Source of the DNA: Eledone cirrhosa
Taxonomy: Eukaryota
Assembly (NCBI GenBank): GCA_964016885.1
Contig: OZ024742.1
Location: 4,712,001-4,776,000, forward strand
Length of the DNA stretch: 64,000 nt
Reading direction: 5' to 3'
Shown: positions 37,686 to 49,600 of the stretch, one piece after another
Numbering within the stretch: the stretch's first letter is position 1
How the letters are laid out: every line of letters starts with the position of its first letter
Notes under the pieces: generated by a model
Databases searched by the model: none
What the model was told of the DNA's origin: nothing
The model's input: the letters and a program-made list of their open reading frames with translations, nothing else
Translations under genes and position numbers: made by a program

Positions 37686-38660
37686 TTATCTCTTTCTCTT
37701 AATTTCGAGTACATTTTTTTTTTACCGGCCACCTTCCTGGTGGCAAGGTTGTAAAAGAAAAGAAATTGTCATCCCTTGAATCGCAAGAATGTTTTGCAAA
37801 TTTTGAAGGTGCCAGCTATCGCAGCCATTTGTAGACTATGAATTAGGGAGCTGCGCTTTTTGTCCGCAAATCCAAGTTCAGTCATACTTTGGTCCAAGCG
37901 GGTTGGTATTTAACCCGTAGCTCCAATAATGATGGGTATGAAGCTAAAGGTGTATCTTGGATACTGGATTTGTAAACTCCTCATCAATGGTCCGTAGATG
38001 TCCTCCTTCTCCTGTATTTTTCTGACAACGTTTACATCAAGTGGGCAGCTGATCTCCACAACAGAACACGTTTTCAATGTGTCGTCCCAAACTACAATAT
38101 CAGGCCGGTTGTGCTTTAATTTGGTGGCAGTTTTTATTTTCAGGTTCCACCAGTATGTGCCATCTGTCTCAATATATTCTTCCTCGTTTGTTGTTAATTT
38201 TGTTTTCCGAAGTGCGTTCCAGATGGTTCTAGCTATCCCATCGTGTCTCATGGGGAGGTAGTAGTGAGATGACATTCTTTCGCAGCTGGCAACAATGTGA
38301 CTTACATCCTCGATCTTTGTTTTACATAGCCTACATTTATTGTCAGCTGCTGGCCCTCCTCTTTTGTGCAGCAGATATTTGGTAGGGAGTTCTTGTTCCT
38401 GTATTGCATAGAGATATCCCTCAAGGTGTGATGTCATAAACTTGTCGGAACTCCATGCCAGGCTTTTTGAGTGGTTTATCCCCTCTATGGTCTGTGTTTT
38501 ACGCCTCAAGTATCCATGCACAACTTTTTCTGTAAATTGGTCAATTTTTTTATCTTCTTTGAACATTGAAAAGGATCTTCCGATTTCTCTGGGTGAGAGA
38601 TTTATATCAGGCTTTATTCCATATCTTTCCTCCAGATCAGTCGCTATTCTAATGATATTT
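37686..38660 (-). mobile_element. RLE-type non-LTR retrotransposon 3' fragment (R4/Dong-like), family B
   Basis: AIQEQ, CCHC knuckle CRLC...SHIVASC, YLPMRHD, HNRPDIVVWD, VVEISCPLD and IIIGATG. Confidence 0.88.
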
Positions 38661-38797
38661 TTATGTATGTATTTTTATGTATGTATGTATGTATGTATGT
38701 ATGTATGTATGTATGTATGTATGTATGTATGTATGTATGTATGTATGTATGTTCTTATTGTTTTATAATTTCACAAATGTTTGCCAATAGAGAGAGC

Positions 38798-39150
38798 TGG
38801 TGCTGAGGGTGTTGATGTTGATGGTTGGGTGGTGGTGGTGGTGGTGGTAGTGGTGGTAGTGGTATTAGTAGTGATGGTGATGGTGGTAGTGGTGTTGATG
38901 GTGGTATTGGTGGTGGTGGTGTTGGTGGTGGTGGTGGTGGTATGGTGTTGATTATGGTGTTGGTGGTGGCGGTGGTGGTGGTAGTGGTGGTAGTGGTATT
39001 GTTACAAGTAGTGGTGGTGATGTTGGTGATGGTGGTGGTGGTAGTGATGGTTGTAGTAGTGCTGATTTTGTTGGTGGTGTTGGTAGTGGTGTTGGTGGTG
39101 ATGGTGGTGGTGGTGGTTGGTGGTGGTGATGGTGGTGGTGATGGTTGTTG
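38798..39150. repeat. (GGT)n/(GAT/AGT) degenerate trinucleotide microsatellite
   Basis: Direct observation. It gives the poly-G/V and poly-H ORFs. Confidence 0.95.
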
Positions 39151-39805
39151 TATGTATGTATGTGTATATATACAGAGCGGTTGACATAAAAACCGCAGAG
39201 AACATGTGAAACATAAACGACTATAGTAATAACAAGTAACTATGCCAAACAGCCTCTGGCTACCAATCCCTTTTTTTAGAAGATTTTAACCCTGTAGTAA
39301 GAGGTGTCAAGAAATGGTTGACTTATGAAGCATTAGGAAAAGGTGAACTGTGAAATGTGTTCTTATTTTATCCGATGTTCTCAACTATTATGATCAGTGA
39401 AATCATCAAATCATCCAATCTAAATTATTGATTATGGTCAACGAAATTAATACAGTTAACATTAAACAATTGATAATCGGATTAGTCAGTAAAAACACTA
39501 AATGTTGATATTCACCGAAACCAGCGCTAGTTTCACTAGAAGCCAGACCGCTAGTAACAATTACGTAAATATGTGTATATTCCAACAGTTGTATCACGGA
39601 ATGGCATATGGAGCTTCAGTGGGCTTTGTCTAGTAAAACAATACAAGGAAAAAATATGACATTATTTCTAGTATTCACTATGTTGGAATTTACCAGCTCT
39701 ACCTTCATATATCTGCCACGACAATGAAGGCAGCTGGCTGTACCTGCTGTATTTCAAAAGAAAGGAGAAAAGGGAAGTAATGTATTCACTTCTTCAATAT
39801 ATATA

Positions 39806-39922
39806 TAATTGTTTTTACGTTTGGCACAATGCCAAGAATAACCCAGAACATTACTGGTACTTTATTTTATCGACCCCATAAGGATGAAAGGCAAAGTTAA
39901 CTTCGGCAGGATTTGAATTCAT
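39806..39922 (-). mobile_element. SINE fragment
   Basis: TTTTATCGACCCCATAAGGATGAAAGGCAAAGTTAAC...GGATTTGAA. Confidence 0.75.
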
Positions 39923-40342
39923 AATGACAACTTACGTTTTTAGGCCAGTTCTCTGATAAAGCAAATATTTATCTTGCTCGACCAATGATAAAATCCTTTC
40001 TCGTGTCTTTCCTGGTTTTCCATTTCCTCTACTTCCTTCCAGGTTCATTCTCATGACTCCTCTCAGTCATATAATCTACAAACAGCTTTGTTAAAATTTA
40101 CTGTAGACACTACGAATATTATTTATTCTGTCTGTAAAGCAATGTCTTATGTTCCACAATTCAAATATAATTTTGTTTATATAATCTCAAACTGCTGTTG
40201 TTGTATTTGCTGCTAGAAAGGTTCCATGGTGTCAGCACCTCGTTTCTTCTTTTTTCCCTAATCTTTCCACATGAGTTATGACTGTACAGATCGCTAGGAG
40301 CAACTGCTTTTCTATTACATATTAACTAACCCATGACATCAG

Positions 40343-40409
<67 letters not shown>

Positions 40410-40508
40410 TCCTCTCTCTCTATCCTTTTATCTCTTTTTCTCTTAACACTTCTTTCTTTAACTTTCTCTTTTACTCTCTCGTTCTCTCTCTATCTATCTA
40501 TCTCCCAT

Positions 40509-40573
<65 letters not shown>

Positions 40574-40574
<1 letters not shown>

Positions 40575-40919
40575 TAGCTGACGTACCCAGCTTCGCCCGG
40601 GTAAACAGATGATAAGAGAAGACAGGTAAAAGAGAAAAAGACTGTATTGGATGTTCGTCTGGTTACAGTATGAGGCGAGTCCGTGGTGTCTGTGTGATAC
40701 CAAAAACAGTAAAAATAATCTTCCAGATATACCAGATTCTTCTTTGTACCGTTTGTGCATAGTATATGAACAATTCTAGGTGCTCCCACCTAGAATAGTG
40801 ACCTCTAGGAGATGGTTCATCTTCTGCTGACTGTAAATAGTGTATCATTGCATAGACGAGGTTGTTCCACGTTTCTCAAAAGGATGATGGAAGTTCCAAT
40901 CTTTTATATTATATGTAGA
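40574..40919 (-). mobile_element. Short non-autonomous Helitron (~345 bp), or the 3' terminal module of the adjacent coding Helitron
   Basis: Minus strand: A|TCTACATATAATATAAAAG start, hairpin CCCGGGCGAAGCTGGG, and CTAG|T end inside (TA)n. Confidence 0.75.
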
Positions 40920-41317
40920 TATAGATATAGATAATTAATATAAAAGATGTCCGTCAATGTAAAAAAGGTCCCTATTTACTTGAAATGGTTTATACAAATG
41001 CCAAATTAATATGGATATGGATAACATGCTTATCTATAAGTGGTCAGCTATAATAATAAAACAACAAATATATGACACAAACATTTATTCAGTAATTTCC
41101 AGGCTCTTAGCCACTGAGTAATAGACAGTCAATATTGCCCAGAGTTCAACTCGGGGAGGTGGCCTGGTTTGAAATCCAAATGGCGGATCCTTTTACTTCG
41201 AAAATAGAATCGTTTTTCAATATTACTCTAGACCTGGCCGGCCATAGGCACCAAACTTTATGCCAGACTCAGCATATGATGAGGTTTTATTACCACCGCT
41301 ATCAGAAGCGATAAATT

Positions 41318-41612
41318 TGAAGGCAATTTCTACCAATACTTGTTGGTTTTTATTGCTCATTATCGACAAAAGATGGCATTGAACAGAAATGATAACTCTG
41401 TCAAAGCTCACAATACTGAGCAAAGGACAACAATGTCTGAATCATTTACGTCGAATATTCATAGCAGTGAAGGCAATTTCTACCAATACTTGTTAGTATT
41501 TATTGCGCAACATAGAAGTGAAAGCAATTGACATTGAACATAAATGATAACTGTCAAAGCTCACAATACTGATCAAAGAACACCAATGTCCAAATCATTT
41601 ACGTTGCTTATT
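41318..41612. repeat. ~150-bp tandem duplication downstream of the Helitron ORF
   Basis: TGAAGGCAATTTCTACCAATACTTGTT...TGTCAAAGCTCACAATACTGA...ATCATTTACGT starts at ~41319 and ~41468. Confidence 0.85.
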
Positions 41613-41636
41613 GATAGCATTAAAGATATGCATACA

Positions 41637-44600
41637 TCAGCTCAAAGCTTCATTATAGACAATATTCAGGGTTGTCTCTCTGTTAGTGGTATCAATTGCA
41701 AATTTTACATAATCAGGATCGTACACTCGAGATGCAGCAACATACAGTTGCCCATGGCTGAATGCTGGATCATTCAAGTAGACACCGACTCGCTTGAAAG
41801 TCTGTCCCTGTGCCTTGTTGACAATCATGGAGAAGGCCAAATTGACGGGAAACTGTCTCCTTTGCCAAATAAATGGCAGCAGATCTTCACTTGGTCTCAG
41901 CATGATCCTCAGAATGAGAACCGATTCCTCTCTGCCTGGGAGTTTAGCTTTAAAACTCTTCCGTTAATCAATCTCTCAACAATCAATCTGGTGCCATTGC
42001 AAAGACCCATTTTATGATTGATATTTCTAAGCAATATAATCGGCATACCCTTTTTCAACCTCAAAATATGTGGGAGGAATGCAGGTATTTGAAGTGAATT
42101 CAGATACTCAGTTAGAACATCCATATTGTTCTGCTGATTAGGCTCCATTGCATTCGCACTGACGGTCAACCATTCCTCTCCAGGAAACATTCCGGCTACT
42201 TGTGAATTTATTTCATCGACCGTTGCATTCGTATGAGTTAGAATAACGCGTTCCGATATCCAGGAGATATTCTGCCAAAAAGCATTCAAATTAGGGAAGC
42301 CCCAGTCAATCAATGCTTGACGGTCCAGTGGCATGACCAAATGGTCTGGGATTCTTACAGTCTGATTATCACCAACGTGTGGCAATTCATCGTTTCCCAA
42401 CTGCATCAACCATCGGATGGACATTACAAACCCATCCAATAGTCATGAATCTCAACTTTTGCTTTCTATCATTCCATTTCTTTCCCTTCTTATCCCACGT
42501 ATAGTGCGAATGGAAATCGCAGTAGAACTGCCTTTGATCCAGGTTCAAAGCATGTTCCCTATTATGCTTGAACCACTCAGTCTTAGAAGGTGGTGCGTTA
42601 GCAATTCTTTCGACACCCCTTCTAGTATCCTGAAAACAGACCATTTGCCTATTGTCTAAGTGAACCGTCAGTTTCTGAACGCTGGGTTTGCGTTCATTGA
42701 GATCAAAATCGAACAATCTCCAGCAAGCTTCGCTAGATACAATCGAGCGAACATCCTGGAACCTGCCAACTCCATCTCCTTAGTTCGCTTCCTCATTCCT
42801 GACATTGATCATTGCCCGATCATGACCTTTGTAAACATATTTAAATAGATATTTGCAAGCTTTCACTGAGCTACAAATTTCCACATTAATATGACAACGA
42901 TATTTCATAATCAAATATGGATTGTATGGCACAGCCTATTGATTTGTAACCTGTCGACCGTTTACATTTTCGACCAAACCGCCATCGGCAGGCGACCGTC
43001 TTCTGTATGAAGGATGAGCATCCCCATTGTTCCAGGAAGTGTTCGTGACAAAAGATTTCGGAAAGTGCTTACTGCATTGGCCATTTTTCATGCAAGGCGC
43101 TTTCCGAATTGCCACTCCGCTTTGGTTGTGCACCATTGACTTTGCCACCAAGTTGCGTAGTACCTCATTCTCCGGCAGTTCAGCACACACAATGCTGTCG
43201 ACATCCTCAGCATGGCAAAATGATGCGACGACCAATTTGCTTGTAATTGGCATCATGGGCTGTTATCGCATCCTGTATATTATTATACAATTCAGCTCTG
43301 ATATGTTGCCGATGTGTAGCTATATAATTTAGCCTTTGCGAATGCCATACAACAGTATTCCTGGAACAATCTGCAGGCTTGAAATAGCGCATTTCTCTGT
43401 TGATTCCTCGCGTTCAAATGGAACGCGTAAAAGTCGCGAATCGAATTATTGTGTCTATTGCCACCTCCCTGTTGATGCTGATTCTCGTTATCATCTAAAT
43501 GAACAGACATGTTCCATCCATTTTCACCTTTTGGGAATAAAAGAACATAATGCAATGGATCGTATGTCCTATTTGACTCATTGATACTCTTGAGACCACC
43601 ATCTCTGCGATTGAGGACGATATCTCTCGATCTAGGCTTATCGTCCATCAACACAGCAACTTCACGAAATCCTTCAGGAGAATTATATCGCCGTTCGTGC
43701 TGATTCCTTGACACTGCGTCAGCCTTAATCACCAATGTTTGCTGCTGAACATTTTGCAGTTCAGCCACCAACATGAAATCCATAACATAAGGATTACACT
43801 GTCTAAGCCCTGATTGCAAATCACGGATCAAATCACTTAACCTTTGCCGTTCAATTTCAGTTATATTTCCCGGCAACTTCATCCAACCGATCCTGATATC
43901 CTCCTCCGATTCACTATAATCTGGTTCGTTAACATAAATTTGAGCGAATAGAGGCCTCTCTCCTAGAGTAACTTCTAAATTAACGATACAATGATACAAA
44001 CGGCCTTGAATGACTACATTCGGTTGTCATGCTCCACTCTCAAATATCTCACTAACTCTCTGCGATGCTAAAGCTAATGAATTGTTAATTTGCCGCGAAT
44101 ATTTGCGCAGTAATCTACCTCGGTCTCCTTGATCACCCCACATACTTAGTATTTTAAACTCCGGTGACTCCTCATCATCCGGCATTCGCAAGGGTTCTAG
44201 GTGAACTGCTCCTTTATGACAGCACATTGTGGTCCACGTCTTTTCGTGCCTCCAAAGCAATGCACCACAATGTGGACACTCTGCTCGTCCACCAATCTGA
44301 AAATGACACGGTTGCCATGATTCATTTTTAATATCATTCGTTCGCCTTCTAGCCTCTTTACTGGAATGAGTAGCACTTTGGCAACACAGTCTCTGAATAT
44401 CTGTATTGCGCTGGCGCTGTTCAGCCAGCTCCTCTTCATCCATCGCAGCACGCCGTTGCTGCTGAATTCTGGCCATCTGCTGATGATGCTCAGCCAGTTC
44501 GTCTTCAACCATCGCAGCACGCCGTCGATGCTTGGCTCCAGTGTTTCGTTGGCGTTGTTCAGCCAGCTCCTCTTCATTCATGGCGCCACGTCTTCGCCTC

Positions 44601-44690
44601 TGAATTTCGGCGTTCTGATGGCGCTGTTCGGCCCGTTTTTCTTCATTGCTGGCTGCACGCCGTCGCCGCTGTAGTTCACTGTTTGATAAA
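41637..44690 (-). pseudogene. Helitron Rep/Pif1-helicase (RepHel) pseudogene with frameshifts and two internal deletions
   Basis: N-terminal 22-aa repeats; CPHCGALLW...CCHKG; PLFAQIY; YDPLHYVLLFPKGENGW; GRRIILP; SAELP-like CAELP; VPYNPY...HINVEIC...KYLFKYVYKGHD; LLRNI...LCNGTRL; RRQFPVNLAFSMIVNKAQGQT; FSHGQLYVAASRV; NIVYNEAL*. Confidence 0.95.
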
Positions 44691-45196
44691 GTCGAATTGC
44701 TTTTATTATTGTGTCATTTCGAGCAATTGTCAAAAAATGACACAATAATAAATATAAAAGATGTCAGTCAATGTAAAGAAAGGTCCCTATTTACTCCCTT
44801 CACAATTCTGTGTATGTGTTAGACTGACAGACAGGCACACAGACAGATAAACTGCGTGGCGATTGTGGAACGCCACACACATACACGCATAGAAACGCGC
44901 ACACGCACGCAAACTTACACACGCACACACTCACACATGTTGATAGTTTTGACTTTCTGTGGAACGCTGCACGCACGCACACACACATAAACATACGCGC
45001 ACGTACATACACATGCACACATGTTAATAGTTATTGAACACAGCGTTCACACTCTCCCTTCTCACTCCCTCGTTGGCATTATGCATATTCATTTCAGTTT
45101 GGCGTCGTTGAGGTGGGCGGAGTCGTTTGAAACCTATGAACCAATGATAATCGAGAATTATGACACATGGAATACTGACGTTCTTGAAATTAATAA

Positions 45197-45250
<54 letters not shown>

Positions 45251-45391
45251 TCGCTATACGCAAAATAACAGAAGAAAGAAATACGTTCACACGTGTTCCC
45301 CCATTAAAGCAGAGAGGAACGCCAACTAACCACCCTTCTGTTATAATTATTTAGAGAAATTTTATTCCATTTGTTTAATTTTCCTGTAGAG

Positions 45392-45675
45392 TACGTGGCC
45401 TGGTGGTAAATGTGTTGGACCTACGATCATAATGTCGTGGGTTCGATTCCTGGTATGGGTTGGGAGTTGTGTTCTTGAGCAAAATACTTCATTTCAAGTT
45501 TCTCCAGTATACTCAGCTGAAAATGAGTACCAGCAATATCTGGGAGTTTAACTCAGTGATGGACTGGTGTCCTGTCCAGTGGAGAGTCTTCTACTCTCAG
45601 TCGCTTAACGCCATGGAAATCGGGATAAGCACCAGCCCGATAAACCTCCGGGCTCGAGACAGACTTTAGACTTTT
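45392..45675 (+). mobile_element. tRNA-derived SINE with a conserved central domain (different family)
   Basis: GTGGCCTGGTGG A-box, GGTTCGATTCC B-box, then GTGTTCTTGAGCAA...GATGGACTGGTGTCCTGTCCAG...GGGATAAGC, resembling widespread metazoan SINE central domains. Superfamily not assigned. Confidence 0.75.
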
Positions 45676-45739
45676 TATATTTCCAAACATATCTCAGCCT
45701 TTTTAACTTCCAACTTCATGTTATTAATGAAAACATAAA

Positions 45740-45880
45740 GCAGCAGATTGGTGGAATCGTTAAAGTCCCGGCGTGCTTCACAGTTTTTGTTCCGATTCTT
45801 TGCGTTCTGATTCCAGATCCCTCCATGATTAGCTTTGCCTTTCATCCTTCCGGGATCGATAAAATAAAGTAGCAGTCAAG
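45740..45880 (+). mobile_element. Decayed SINE copy
   Basis: TTTGCCTTTCATCCTTCCGGGATCGATAAAATAAAGTA. Confidence 0.7.
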
Positions 45881-46244
45881 AATACGACACGATTAATCAA
45901 CTTCCTCTCACACATTCACGCAGCTTTTGGTTGAATATTGCACTGTTTGTGTATATATCTGAATTTATAGAATATTTCGTCTGCTTAATTTAAAACAGAT
46001 CTGATGATCTTTAATTATATTCCAGCGTATATTTCCTGCAGTATTGACGACCATCTGCACTCTTATATTTCACTCTTCTCATTTCTTCTAAAGTTAAATT
46101 AAATCAAATTCTTTACTTTTTTTGTTTATCACATTAGTAAACGTTATTTCTTTACTCAGCTAATGCACACTGTCTGTCGTCAGAAATAATTCTTGTTATT
46201 TTAAATTACTTTTATTAGCTTTTCATTCTAGAAAACTGAGGACA

Positions 46245-46405
46245 CAAAATGGCGATCTGATTAAGAAGCTCACATCGCAATCAAAATGTCACGGGTTCAA
46301 TCCTACTGCGTGACATCTTGAAAAAATGTCATTTACAATAGCAACGGTTCAACTCATTGTCAGTGAAATTGGGTAAACGAAAACTATTTGAAAATTCGTC
46401 GGATG
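46245..46405 (+). mobile_element. Decayed tRNA-derived SINE (family also at ~10340-10460)
   Basis: GGTTCAATCC B-box followed by ACTGCGTGAC...AGTGAAATTGGGTA. Confidence 0.55.
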
Positions 46406-46530
46406 AATTTTACCAGTAATCCAAAGGACCAAACATGACACATACGATTTTACACTAAATCTCTATGAGATTTCGGCACTTTCGTTGGAGGTATTTGGGT
46501 CAGACAAGTATATATATATATATATATGTG

Positions 46531-46565
<35 letters not shown>

Positions 46566-46682
46566 TGTGTGTGTGTGGGTGTATGTGTGTGTGTGTGTGT
46601 GTGTACGTATATGTCTTTATTTTTACCTTTTTATCAATATTATATTTCTCTTTATCTATTTAACAGCTATTTATTTTGTAAT

Positions 46683-49600
46683 TAGTTAGACTACATATAG
46701 TAATGTGGTAGAGTGGTTTGATACCTCTGTAGTTAGACTACATATAGTAATGTGCTATAGTGGTTTGATATCACTGTAGTTAGACCACATATAGTAATGT
46801 ACTAGAGTGGTTTGATATCTCTGTAGTTAGACAACATATAATAATGTGCTATAGTGGTCTGATATCTCTGTAGTTAGACAACATATAGTAATGTACTAGA
46901 GTGGTTTGATATCAATGTAGTTAGACTACATATAGCAATGTGCTATAGTGGCCTGATCTCTGTAGTTAGACAACATATAGTAATGTGTTAGAGTGGTTTG
47001 ATATCTCTGTAGTTAGACAATATATAGTAATGTGCTATAGTGGTCTGTTATCTCTCATTAGTTAGAAAACATATAGTAATATGCTACAGTGGTATGATAT
47101 CTCTGTAGTAGAACAACATATAGTAATGTGCTATAGTGGTCTGTTATTTCTCTGTAGTTAGACAACATATAGTAATGTGCTACAGTGGTATGATATCTCT
47201 GTAGTAGAACAACATATAGTAATGTGCTATAGTGGCCTGATATCTCTGTAGTTAGACAACATATAGTAATGTGCTAGAGTGGTTTGATATCTCTGTAGTT
47301 AGACTACATATAGTAATGTGCTACAGTGGTCTGATATCTCTGTAGTTAGACAACATATAGTAATGTGCTAGAGTGGTCTGATATCTCTCTAGTTAGACTA
47401 CATATAGTAATACGCTATAGTGGTTTGATATCTCTGTAGTTAGACTACATATAGTAATGTGATAGAGTGGTCTGAAATCTCTGTAGTTAGACTACATATA
47501 GTAATGTGCTAGAGTGGTCTGATATCTCTGTAGTTAGACAACATATAATAATGTGCTAGAGTGGTCTGATATCTCTGTAGTTAGACTCTACATATAGTGA
47601 TGTGCTATAGTGGCCTGATATCTCTGTAGTTAGACTACATATAGTAATGTGCTATAGTGGCCTGATATCTCTGTAGTTAGAGAACATATAGTAATATTGC
47701 TAGAGTGGTCTGATATCTCTGTAGTTAGACAACATATAGTAATGTGCTAGAGTGGTCTGATATCTCTGTAGTTAGACTACATATAGTAATGTGCTATAGT
47801 GGCCTGATATCTCTGTAGTTAGACTTCATATAGTAATGTGCTATAGTGGCCTCATATCTCTGTAGTTAGACAACATATAGTAATGTGCTATAGTTGTTTG
47901 ATATCTCTGTAGTTAGACTACATATAGTAATGTGCTATAGTGGTTTGATATCTCTGTAGTTAGACTACATATAGTAATGTGCTATAGTGGTATGATATCT
48001 CTGTAGTTAGACTACATATAGTAATGTGCTATAGTGGTTTGATATCTCTGTAGTTAGACTACATATAGTAATGTGCTAGAGTGGTTTGATATCTCTGTAG
48101 TTAGACAACATATAGTAATGTGCTATAGTGGTTTGATATCTCTGTAGTTAGACAACATATAGTAATGTGCTATAGTGGCCTGATATCTCTGTAGTTAGAC
48201 TACATATAGTAATGTGCTATAGTGGTCTGATATCTCTGTAGTTAGACAACATATATAGTAATGTGCTATAGTGGTCTGATTTCTCTGTAGTTAGACAACA
48301 TATAGTAATTTGCTATAGTGGCCTGATATCTCTGTAGTTAGACTACATATAGTAATGTGCTAGAGTGGTCTGATTTCTCTGTAGTTAGACAACATATAGT
48401 AATGTGCTATAGTGGTTTGATATCTCTATAGTTAGACTACATATAGTAATGTGCTATAGTGGTTTGATATCTCTGTAGTTAGACTACATATAGTAATGTG
48501 CTATAGTGGTTTGATATCTCTATAGTTAGACTACATATAGTAATGTGCTATAGTGGTATGATATCTCTGTAGTTAGACTACATATAGTAATGTGCTATAG
48601 TGGTTTGATATCTCTGTAGTTAGACTACATATAGTAATGTGCTATAGTGGTCTGATATCTCTGTAGTTAGACAACATATAGTAATGTGCTATAGTGGCCT
48701 GATATCTCTGTAGTTAGACAACATATAGTAATGTGCTATAGTTGTTTGATATCTCTATAGTTAGACTATATATAGTAATGTGCTATAGTCGTTTGATATC
48801 TCTGTAGTTAGACTACATATAGTAATGTGCTATAGTGGTTTGATATCTCTGTAGTTAGACCACATATAGTAATGTGCTATAGTGGTTTGATATCTCTCTG
48901 GTTAGACAACATATAGTAATGTGCTATAGTGGTTTGATATCTCTGTAGTTAGACAACATATAGTAATGTGCTATAGTGGCCTGATATCTCTGCAATTAGA
49001 CAACATATAGTAATGTGCTATAGTGGTCTGTTATTTCTCTGTAGTTAGACAAAATATAGAAATGTGCTATAGTGGTCTGATATCTCTGTAGTTAGACAAC
49101 ATATAGTAATGTGCTATAGTGGTTTGATATCTCTGTAGTTAGACAACATATAGTAATGTGCTATAGTGGTTTGATATCTCTGTAGTTAGACAACATATAG
49201 TAAAGTGCTATAGTGGTCTGATATCTAAGTAGTTAGACAACATATAGTAATGTGCTATAGTGGTATGATATCTCTGTAGTTAGACAACATATAGTAATGT
49301 GCTATAGTGGTTTGATATCTCGTAGTTAGACAACATATAGTAATGTGCAATAGTGGTTTGATATCTCTCTGGTTAGACTACATATCCTAATGTGCTATAG
49401 GGGTCTGATATCTCTGTAGTTAGCCAACATATAGTAATGTGCTATAATGGTCTGATATCTCTGTAGGTAGTCAACATATAGTAATGTGCTATAGTGGTCT
49501 GTTACTTCTCTGTAGTTAGACAAAATATAGTAATGTGCTATAGTGGCCTGATATCTCTGCAATTAGACAACATATAGTAATGTGCTATAGTGGTCTGTTA

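Noticed and set aside
41637-42439. Host PIF1 helicase gene
   Set aside because: It is intronless, frameshifted, collinear with Helitron Rep motifs and near a Helitron 3' terminus, so it is transposon-derived.
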